A DNA stretch of 64,000 nt from an uncultured Myxococcales bacterium (lineage in GTDB: Bacteria; Myxococcota; B64-G9), in the NCBI GenBank assembly GCA_964454005.1, contig CAYVQE010000010.1, positions 4,277-68,276 on the forward strand, in the 5' to 3' direction. A program made the position numbers and the translations under genes. The notes below the pieces were generated by a model that ran no database searches, was not told where the DNA came from, and saw only the letters and a list, made by a program, of their open reading frames with translations. This document shows, piece by piece, positions 45,661 through 53,137 of the stretch (within the stretch, counting starts at the first letter, position 1; each line of letters opens with the position of its first letter).

Positions 45661-45798
45661 GTCTAGCACGGGTATGCATACCGAAACACCTCCGTCCCCG
45701 TGGTTGCCCCAGCCCGAACGCTGGCGTGTCCGGAGCTGTCGCAGCCTGCAGGCCGAGCCCGTACCCGGCCCGCCTTGAAATGGATCCCGCGGCGCAGT

Positions 45799-45848
45799 TT
45801 GCAATTGTGCGCCTTGCGGTTGTGCGCCGAATCTTGCGGTGCTATAGC
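45799..45848 (+). promoter_or_regulatory. tandem 15-mers ttgcaattgtgcgcc / ttgcggttgtgcgcc plus partial third ttgcggtgc, overlapping a TTGTGC-N17-TATAGC promoter-like element
   Basis: Read from the sequence. 80 to 130 nt upstream of the 45927 ATG. Confidence 0.35.
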
Positions 45849-45926
45849 TGACAGTGGAAAATCGGCCTCCACGGGGGCGGGTCGAGCATATTGGGACAAA
45901 CGCGAGATGACGTCAGGGGAAAACCG

Positions 45927-48860
45927 ATGGGCAAGACAGATCTGCACCTGTATCTGATTATCGCCGCGGTCAGCATCTGGTCGGCGCCGGTGGCCGCCGA
46001 CATGTACCTCGACCAGCCCGAGGGCGGCGAGGTCTTCATCAGCGGCGAGACCATGAGCATCAGCTGGCTGACGGTGCCCGGCGACGAACCCAACGGCGAC
46101 TGGGTGTCGCTGTATTACCTCTGGGCGCCCGACAACAATCGCGAGCTGATCACTTCGATCGGCGATCCGGGAGCGGTCCACGAAGGTTCCTACGAATGGA
46201 CGGTCCCGACCGTACAGGAGACGTCCTACCTGTCGATCGAGGTCTGCGGCGATACCGATGGCCAATCCTGCATCTCCTCGGATCGCAGCCTCAACATGAC
46301 CATCCTGCCCTCGGCGGACACACCGTCGATCTTTCTCAGCGACCCCCGACCGACCGAGGAGGAGTTGCTCAGCCTGCAGGGTGGATCGACCTACACCGTG
46401 CGCTGGGAGGTCACCGGCTGCGATGCGAGCACCACGGACGTGCCCATGATGGTTCGCTTCAGCCCGAGCGGCATGCCGGGCGACTGGACCGATCTGGGCA
46501 CCGCCCTGCCCTGCCAGGACGACGGCTTCGTCTGGGACGTGCCGGACATCGAGACCCAGAACGCCCACCTGCGCCTGAACTGGGGGGAACTGAGCTGGTC
46601 GGGCCACAACACACCCTTTGCCATCACCGCCGATCCAGACCCCAACCACCCCCCGGTGGCCGATGCCGGGCCCGACCAGACCGTCGCCGAGCGCAGCCTG
46701 GTCACCCTGGACGGCACCGGCAGCAGCGATCCCGATGGCGATTATTTCCACTCCCACTGGGAACGAGTCGACAGCACCGTGGGCTATGAGATCGAGATCG
46801 GCAGCGAGTTCATGCGCGAAGCCTCGTTCATCGCACCCGACATCGACGTCGAACAGGTCACCTTCGTCTTCCGCCTGACCGTCCGGGACACCGGGGACCT
46901 GGAGAGCTATGACCTGGTTCAGGTCACCGTCACAGCCGCCGAGCCGGCCGTCGAGAGCGTCGAACCGCTGCAGGGCTGGTACAAGACGCCGGTGACGGTG
47001 ACGGGCATCGACCTGCGCAGCTGTGAAATCTACCTGGACGATGTGCTGGCGGCCACCGTACCGGATCGGCCCGACGCCGACACCGGGATGACCTTTCCCC
47101 TGCCCGAACTGGAGCCGGGACCGTTCGAGCTGCGGCTGGAGTGCCCGGACGGCGAGACGGTGACCTACGGGGAGACGTTCAACGTCCAGCGGGTGCCCTA
47201 CCAGTGGGACTGGGGCCTGAGCTTCCGCAACCCAGGCGGATACCTGATGGCCTACCGGGATCTGGAGAACTGCTTCGGCCGCGCCGCCACCCACATCGGG
47301 CTGTGCTGCGAGTGGGACGGCGTCTTTTGCACCAGGGCCTGCCACGACCCGCTGATGCAGCTGCTCTTCGACTACTATGGCCGGGAGCTGGCCTGGGGCG
47401 GCAGCTGCTGGGGCATGTCGGCCCTCAGCGCCAAGTATGCGATGGGGACGCTCGAGCTGGAAGCGGACCGCGACCTGCGCGACTACGGCTTCGTTCTCGA
47501 ACCCACCGAGAGCAGCATGGCCACCGCCATCAAGCAGCATCACCTCAGCCAGGTCTCGGCCGAGTCGATCGGATACCTGCTCGACCACCTGGGCGATGAC
47601 CCGCTCGACATCGCGGCCCGCATCGACGCCGACACCCGGGAAGGCCGCCACGGCGTGATCAGCATCAACGATATGGAACGGGGCATCTCGCCATTGGATT
47701 TCGTGGGCCACGCCCTGGTACCCGACCGGGTGGTGGAGATCTCGGAAACCGAGTACCGCATCTACGTCTACGATCCCAACGTCGAGGAGTTCTCGGTCTG
47801 CCGCGATCTAAACGACTTCGACCAGTTCGAGCGCGTCACCAGCCAGCAGGAGTATCCCTACATCCTGGTCGAGCAAAGACCCAGCGGCACGCGCGCCTGG
47901 TCTCTCGAGATGGTCAACGGCTCCGTCTGGCGCGGCGACGACCGCTACCGGATCACCATCAACGACGAGGACGTCAACTTCTATGGGCTGACCTACTACC
48001 CGCCGCATGTGGTTCGCGGGCCCTACACCGCTCCGCTCAGCCTCAATGGCATCCTGATGATCCTCAGCTCCGGAGCCGACGCAGGCATCCGCGACGACCA
48101 GAACCGGCTGACCGGCGTCGACGCCGACGGCGAATTTCACCTCGACATTCCGGACGCCGTGCCGGTGCCGGCGCTGGCCGCCGGCGACGAGGGCCCGGGC
48201 GAGATGTTTCTGGTCCCGGACGGGGCCTACTCGCTCGCGGTGCGCGGCCGCCAAGCGGGCAGCTACACCTTCAGCAGCATCGCTCGCGGACGCATGCTGG
48301 CCATCCGCGACGCGGGCATGAGCGAGAGCACCGCCGACGAGCTGGACATCGACCCAGACCGGGGCAGCTTGCGGCTGCAGACCGAAGATGCCTTGAAGGA
48401 CTACCAGGCGCTGATCGTGGAACCGATCGAGCGCGACGGCGAGCACTTGCAGCGCACCTTCGAGCTGCTGGCCGCTCGCATCGGCGCCGGCGAAAGCGTG
48501 ACCCTGGCCACCAGCGACGATCGCGGCACCTTGACAATCGACAACGAAAGCGATCGCGACATGCACTTCGACATCCGCCTGATCCAGGCCGCTGTGGAGC
48601 CAGAGTCCGAGCCGCCGGATCTGGCCGATCACAGCCTGACCGTGACGGACGTGACGGTCCCGGCCGGAAAGAGCTTGCGATTGGCCCCCAGCGACTGGGA
48701 TCAGCTCGGCCAGGCCAGCGCCGAACTCCAGGTGGCCGACGCCGGCGGCGAGAGCGGCTGCGCCTGCTCCAGCCACGGTATGCCGGCCGGCCCCTGGCTG
48801 TGGCTGCTCATCGTGCTCGGTCTGGGCCTGCGACCGCGCGCTGCGCGCCGGCGCCGCTGA
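45927..48860 (+). CDS. large secreted multidomain protein: PKD/REJ-like and IPT-like Ig domains, papain-like Cys/His motif region, MYXO-CTERM tail
   Basis: Signal peptide MGKTDLHLYLIIAAVSIWSAPVAA. PVADAGPDQTV...LDGTGSSDPDGD. WGGSCWGMSALS and FVGHALVP. C-terminus GESGCACSSHGMPAGPWLWLLIVLGLGLRPRAARRRR. Confidence 0.85.
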   Translation: MGKTDLHLYLIIAAVSIWSAPVAADMYLDQPEGGEVFISGETMSISWLTVPGDEPNGDWVSLYYLWAPDNNRELITSIGDPGAVHEGSYEWTVPTVQETSYLSIEVCGDTDGQSCISSDRSLNMTILPSADTPSIFLSDPRPTEEELLSLQGGSTYTVRWEVTGCDASTTDVPMMVRFSPSGMPGDWTDLGTALPCQDDGFVWDVPDIETQNAHLRLNWGELSWSGHNTPFAITADPDPNHPPVADAGPDQTVAERSLVTLDGTGSSDPDGDYFHSHWERVDSTVGYEIEIGSEFMREASFIAPDIDVEQVTFVFRLTVRDTGDLESYDLVQVTVTAAEPAVESVEPLQGWYKTPVTVTGIDLRSCEIYLDDVLAATVPDRPDADTGMTFPLPELEPGPFELRLECPDGETVTYGETFNVQRVPYQWDWGLSFRNPGGYLMAYRDLENCFGRAATHIGLCCEWDGVFCTRACHDPLMQLLFDYYGRELAWGGSCWGMSALSAKYAMGTLELEADRDLRDYGFVLEPTESSMATAIKQHHLSQVSAESIGYLLDHLGDDPLDIAARIDADTREGRHGVISINDMERGISPLDFVGHALVPDRVVEISETEYRIYVYDPNVEEFSVCRDLNDFDQFERVTSQQEYPYILVEQRPSGTRAWSLEMVNGSVWRGDDRYRITINDEDVNFYGLTYYPPHVVRGPYTAPLSLNGILMILSSGADAGIRDDQNRLTGVDADGEFHLDIPDAVPVPALAAGDEGPGEMFLVPDGAYSLAVRGRQAGSYTFSSIARGRMLAIRDAGMSESTADELDIDPDRGSLRLQTEDALKDYQALIVEPIERDGEHLQRTFELLAARIGAGESVTLATSDDRGTLTIDNESDRDMHFDIRLIQAAVEPESEPPDLADHSLTVTDVTVPAGKSLRLAPSDWDQLGQASAELQVADAGGESGCACSSHGMPAGPWLWLLIVLGLGLRPRAARRRR

Positions 48861-48906
48861 TGGCGCCGGCCGCACCAGCCGGTCGCCGTGACACCCCGGG
48901 CGCGGC

Positions 48907-49926
48907 TTACTTCGAGCCCATCTCGGCAGTCTTCTCGGCGTAGTTGTAGACCACGGTCTCGGCCAGCTTGCCGGCCTCCCAGGTGATCGACTGCGGCTTC
49001 TCGGTGCCCAGCATGGCGTGGATGGCGCCGAGGCGCTTGGCCGCCTTGCCGCCGAAGCCGCCGTGCTCAGCCTGCCATTTGATTAGGGCCTCGCCCTCGA
49101 GGCCCGGCCGGTGGACCAGGTTCAGGTCCTTGAACCCGATCATGCGTTCGATCACCACCGGCGCCCCGGCCACCGCCTTTTTATCGATGCCCAGCGCGGC
49201 CACGTCGCCGCCCGGCATGGTGGCCACCGAGTAGGCGATGTCCCGGTGGGGGTCGATGATCAGCCCCATGCCCATCACCTTGCCGCCGCCGGCGGCGGGC
49301 GCCAGCAGGCGCTCGATCTCGGCCGGCGGCACGCCCTCCTCCTCCAGCGCCACCTCGATCTTGGTCCGCGTCAGGCCATCGACACCGGCCCGCGCGATGG
49401 GGTCTGCGCCGAACTGCATGGAGAAGTACGCCCCACCCCAATCGTTGAAGTGGCCCAGGGTGAGCACCTTCTTGCCCGCCTTTTTGTTGACCGTCGCCCC
49501 GACCAGCTCTGCCACCGTGCGGCCGAACTGCTTGCCCGAGCCATGGGCGGTGAGCCCGAAGCGCTTGCCATCCGGCGACATCAAGTAGCCGATGTGGTCG
49601 GCCCCGGCTTTGATCAACACCTTGGCCATCTCGACGAACTTGGGCCGCTTCTTCATCTCCACGGTCTGGCGCGAGCGCATGAACTCGAGCCTGGACTCAG
49701 CCTGGCTGACCCGCTTGAGCAACTCGGCCTCGTCCAACTCGGTCTCGGCCGCACCCTCATCGGCCGCCGCGCTGTCCGCAGCCGGCTCGTCGGTCTGGGC
49801 CGGGTCGTCCGGCTGGGCCGCCGGCTGCTGCGGCGCGGGCGCATCCTGCCCGGCCTCCTTCTCGCAGCCAAGCGCCAGAACCATAAACAAACCCGACAAC
49901 ACACACCATGCGCAGCGCCCAGACAT
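48907..49926 (-). CDS. hypothetical lipoprotein
   Basis: ATG 49926 after AAAGGAGA. MSGRCAWCVLSGLFMVLALGC lipobox. Pro/Ala/Asp-rich linker followed by a globular domain. Confidence 0.75.
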   Translation of the reverse strand: MSGRCAWCVLSGLFMVLALGCEKEAGQDAPAPQQPAAQPDDPAQTDEPAADSAAADEGAAETELDEAELLKRVSQAESRLEFMRSRQTVEMKKRPKFVEMAKVLIKAGADHIGYLMSPDGKRFGLTAHGSGKQFGRTVAELVGATVNKKAGKKVLTLGHFNDWGGAYFSMQFGADPIARAGVDGLTRTKIEVALEEEGVPPAEIERLLAPAAGGGKVMGMGLIIDPHRDIAYSVATMPGGDVAALGIDKKAVAGAPVVIERMIGFKDLNLVHRPGLEGEALIKWQAEHGGFGGKAAKRLGAIHAMLGTEKPQSITWEAGKLAETVVYNYAEKTAEMGSK

Positions 49927-50080
49927 GAGGTCTCCTTTCGGCTCGGTTGGTTTGAGCGCGGATGATAGCCGGCCGGGCCGACGAAAGCAAACCGCCTGGC
50001 ACCCCCCGGGCGCTGGGAGGTGCCCTGAGCAGCGCCTGTTTTCGGTTGCGAACTGCACGCCCGTTCAGTATGCTGGCCGC

Positions 50081-51211
50081 ATGTCGGATCCGCGCAAGCT
50101 CGAGCTGTTGGCCGGACAGGCGGCTTTCGATCTGTCGTGCGCCTGCGGGCTGGAGCCCAGCCGGCGGCGGGCGGCCGGGGAGCGCTGGGTGGTGCCCATC
50201 GCCCTGCCCGACGGCCGGCGGCTGCGCACGCTGAAGGTGCTGCTCGACAACCGCTGTCCCAACGATTGCGCCTACTGCGCCCAGCGGGCCGCGGCCGGCG
50301 GGCGGCGGGCGCACTTTCGGCCCGAGGAGCTGGCCCGGCTGGCCGCCGAGATGGTGCGCGCCGGGCGCATCGAGGCGCTGTTTCTGTCCTCGGGGCTGGG
50401 GCCGGACCCGCGGCGCACCATGGATGCCATGTTGGCCACGGTCGAGATCCTGCGCCGGCGCCACGGCCACCGGGGCTTCATCCACCTCAAGGTGCTGCCC
50501 GGCGCCCAGCGGGCCCAGATCGAACGCGCCGCCCAACTCGCCCAGCGGCTGTCGATCAACCTGGAGGTGCCGGCCCAGCGCCACATGCGCGCGCTCAGCC
50601 GGCGCAAGGATCTGGACGGCGACATCCGCCGGCGGCTCGCCTGGATCGCGGCCGCGGTGGCCGACCCGCGCAGCCGGGCCCGGGGCCATACCACCCAGTT
50701 CGTGGTCGGCGCGGCCGGCGAACGCGATCGCGACATCGTGCGTGCCGCCGGTGCGCTGTACCGCGACCAGGGCCTGAGCCGGGCCTACTACTCCAAGTTC
50801 CAGCCGCTGGCCGATACCCCGCTGGCGCAGCAGGCCCCGGTGCCCTTCATGCGCGAGCACCGGCTGTACCAGGCCGACTTCCTGATGCGCTGCTACGGCT
50901 TCGGCGCCGAGGAGATCCCCTTCGGCCCGGAGGGCGATCTCGACCTGGACCAGGATCCCAAGGCCCGCTGGGCCGCGCTGCACCCGGAGCGCTTCCCGCT
51001 GGAGGTCAACCGGGCCGCGCCGGCGGCGCTGCTGCGGGTGCCCGGCCTCGGCCCGACCGCGGTGCGGCGCATCGTCGCCGCCCGGCGGCGGGACAAGCTG
51101 CGCCGGCCCGAGGAGCTGACCCGGCTGGGCGCACGGCTGCGCGCCGCCGCCGGCCACCTGCTGCTCGACGGCCGGCTGGCCAGCAGCTGGGGCCAGCAAA
51201 GGCTGTTCTGA
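50081..51211 (+). CDS. radical SAM protein of the putative DNA modification/repair type with a C-terminal helix-hairpin-helix
   Basis: LLDNRCPNDCAYCAQR (CxxxCxxC). REHRLYQADFLMRCYGF. LLRVPGLGPTAVRRIV (HhH). Confidence 0.8.
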   Translation: MSDPRKLELLAGQAAFDLSCACGLEPSRRRAAGERWVVPIALPDGRRLRTLKVLLDNRCPNDCAYCAQRAAAGGRRAHFRPEELARLAAEMVRAGRIEALFLSSGLGPDPRRTMDAMLATVEILRRRHGHRGFIHLKVLPGAQRAQIERAAQLAQRLSINLEVPAQRHMRALSRRKDLDGDIRRRLAWIAAAVADPRSRARGHTTQFVVGAAGERDRDIVRAAGALYRDQGLSRAYYSKFQPLADTPLAQQAPVPFMREHRLYQADFLMRCYGFGAEEIPFGPEGDLDLDQDPKARWAALHPERFPLEVNRAAPAALLRVPGLGPTAVRRIVAARRRDKLRRPEELTRLGARLRAAAGHLLLDGRLASSWGQQRLF

Positions 51212-51306
51212 CGACCATCGCTTCTGGGAACCAGGCGCGGTCGAGCTCGAACCGGCGGCGCTTGCGTGAGGGGATGAACCCCTCCCCTACGGATTCGACA
51301 CGCTTA

Positions 51307-51326
51307 CGTCCCGGCTGCGGCCGGGA
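51307..51326. repeat. 20-nt hairpin-forming motif cgtcccggctgcggccggga; second copy at 52205..52223
   Basis: 19 of 20 identical direct copies bracket the low-GC toxin-antitoxin cassette. Confidence 0.8.
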
Positions 51327-51457
51327 CCGTGATCAGTAGTGTTCGGGGTGTTTCTGATTCCGGCTGTGGCTGCCATGGCGGCTTGGTTGGAACGCTCGCG
51401 CAGCGGCAAGCGAACGGAACCGTTCGCTGTCACCAGGCGGCGACTGCTCGCAGTGCA

Positions 51458-51670
51458 TTACCGCTGCGGATCAGCCGGATCGAACGAGTCGCCTCGATCG
51501 GAAGAATCGGTGGCGGTGCTGCCAGGACCCGGCTCCCGGCGCAGTCGATCCGCAAACCGCTCCTGGTACTCCAAGTAGTAGTCGATCAGGCGTCGTGGCT
51601 CATTGCCGTGCTCACGAGAGATCGCCTCTCGTGCGTGGCGGGTGGCCTCTAGCCCGCGATCAGTGCTCAT
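51458..51670 (-). CDS. putative antitoxin partner of the upstream PIN toxin
   Basis: 70 aa. Overlaps the toxin stop by 11 nt. EATRHAREAISREHGNEPRRLIDYYLEYQERF resembles small partners encoded downstream of this PIN subfamily. Confidence 0.55.
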   Translation of the reverse strand: MSTDRGLEATRHAREAISREHGNEPRRLIDYYLEYQERFADRLRREPGPGSTATDSSDRGDSFDPADPQR

Positions 51671-52142
51671 CGTCTCTCTCCTGCAACTCGAGTGGGGTCA
51701 CCAAGTCCGGACTGTACAGCCCCAACAATGTGTTGACCCTCCGGATATGCCCAAACTTATTGGCATTCGCAAGATGCCTGCAGTTCCAGGTGACCAGGAA
51801 ATCGCAGCGGTGATACGAGGCCAGCGCCAGGTGGAGAGCATCACCAGCGGGGTCTGCGGGCATGACCCGGCGGGCGATATAGGTCTCGACGATGTCGACC
51901 ACCGGTTCCTCGATCGCGAGGAGCGGGAGTCGGCTGACCAAATCGAGACATTCCTTTCGCCGCGGGTAGTCGCCGCGCTCCAACTCATCGAGGACCGCAG
52001 GGCTCGTCACCAAGTCATGCCGTTCAATGGCCGCCTTCCACCAGGCTCGGGTCCAGTCGCGACGGGCGATCATGTCCGGTTCGGTGCGCACTTCGTGGTA
52101 GAAGCTCGGAACACTTGTCTCGATGTAAACCATGGGCTTCAT
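51660..52142 (-). CDS. PIN-domain toxin (VapC-like subfamily with TWN.RH motif)
   Basis: VYIETSVPSFY..., ...GDALHLALASYHRCDFLVTWNCRHLANANKF. The track ORF is 5'-extended into antisense of the neighbouring gene. 50-58% G+C in the two lines I counted. Confidence 0.8.
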   Translation of the reverse strand: MKPMVYIETSVPSFYHEVRTEPDMIARRDWTRAWWKAAIERHDLVTSPAVLDELERGDYPRRKECLDLVSRLPLLAIEEPVVDIVETYIARRVMPADPAGDALHLALASYHRCDFLVTWNCRHLANANKFGHIRRVNTLLGLYSPDLVTPLELQERDDEH

Positions 52143-52228
52143 CTTGTTGATATTAGCGTTGCGCGTATTGCTGCACAAGAGGCTCTGAGGACTCGATGCG
52201 CCGCCGTCCCGGCTGCGGCCGGAATTTC

Positions 52229-52954
52229 TCAGGCGCGGTCGCGGTCGAGTTCGAACTGACGGAAGTGGAGGAAGGCGGGCAGCACGGCCAGGGCGCTGAG
52301 CAGGTGCCAGACCACGTGGCCGTGCCAGAAGGCGTTGTCCGGCTGGCACCAGATGCGGTTGACGTCGAGCAGGCTGAACCCCTCGGCCAGCGCCAGCAGC
52401 ACCACCGCGACGGCGAACCAGCGCACCCGGTGGCGCGGTGGCCGGGCGCGGCGCCACAGCGCGATCTCGAAGGCGATCAGCAGCAAGGCCAGCCCGGCGA
52501 TAAGCAGCTGGAACGGAAAGTCCAGCCGGTAGAGGCCCCAGACCAGGATCGACATGCCGACGACGAAGAGCCAGTAGAACAGCCGCCCGCCGCCGCGGCC
52601 CAGCCAGCCGCAGCGGCGCAGATCGATGGCCAGCATCAGACCCACCCAGAAGAACATGCCGACGAAGTCGAGCAGCTGGCCCGGGAAGATGTTGGACATG
52701 TGGTAGAGCAGGCTGAAAGTCCCCATGATGGCCGCAGTCGGGGCGAACCAGGCCACGGTGGGGTTGCGCCGGCGCAGCCACAGCGCGAAGCACACCCCGG
52801 CCACGACCAGATAGGCCAGGTTGGACCAGGTATTGGCCGGCTCCGAGACCAGCGCGCAGACGGTGGGCTCGCACCACTTGATGTTGGGCGGGCCGAAGCG
52901 CTCGGCCCAGTCGTGCCAGAAGCAGCCCGCTGGATGGGGGTTGATCGCGTTCAT
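52229..52954 (-). CDS. alkaline ceramidase-family (PF05875-like) integral membrane hydrolase
   Basis: WCEPTVCALVSEPANTWSNLAYL, FSLLYHMS, WHGHVVWHLLSA (His-rich zinc-site-like motifs). 7 hydrophobic segments. Confidence 0.7.
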   Translation of the reverse strand: MNAINPHPAGCFWHDWAERFGPPNIKWCEPTVCALVSEPANTWSNLAYLVVAGVCFALWLRRRNPTVAWFAPTAAIMGTFSLLYHMSNIFPGQLLDFVGMFFWVGLMLAIDLRRCGWLGRGGGRLFYWLFVVGMSILVWGLYRLDFPFQLLIAGLALLLIAFEIALWRRARPPRHRVRWFAVAVVLLALAEGFSLLDVNRIWCQPDNAFWHGHVVWHLLSALAVLPAFLHFRQFELDRDRA

Positions 52955-53072
52955 GGCCCCGCAGTCTATGCCGCCGCGGCGACCGGCGCAATCCACCGGC
53001 GCCCGCCGCCGGCCGAAATGCTGAACGCGGTCGAACGCTGGAGAACTTCAGCGCAATGAGGTATCAAACAAC

Positions 53073-53088
53073 TGGCATACCGAATGCA
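53073..53088 (+). promoter_or_regulatory. sigma-54 (-24/-12) promoter candidate TGGCATaccgaATGCA
   Basis: GG and GC elements have the canonical spacing of TGGCACG-N4-TTGCW. About 50 nt upstream of ATG 53138, whose RBS is GAAGGAGGAAG. Confidence 0.5.
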
Positions 53089-53137
53089 TACCGCCGGCGC
53101 AGCCGATGATCGCGAATCCGCGAAGGAGGAAGCTGCC

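Noticed and set aside
45664-45678. Sigma-54-like string TAGCACGGGTATGCA
   Set aside because: The -24 GG is AG and the GG-to-GC spacing is one nucleotide short. The nearby ggtatgcatacc is simply a palindrome.
51232-51262. GGTTCGAGC-containing stretch (minus strand) resembling a tRNA T-arm, considered as a tRNA 3' fragment or att site
   Set aside because: The flanking bases cannot form the 5-bp T-stem or an acceptor stem. The stretch is better explained as a near-palindrome (ggtcgagctcgaacc) related to the end of the ceramidase-like gene.
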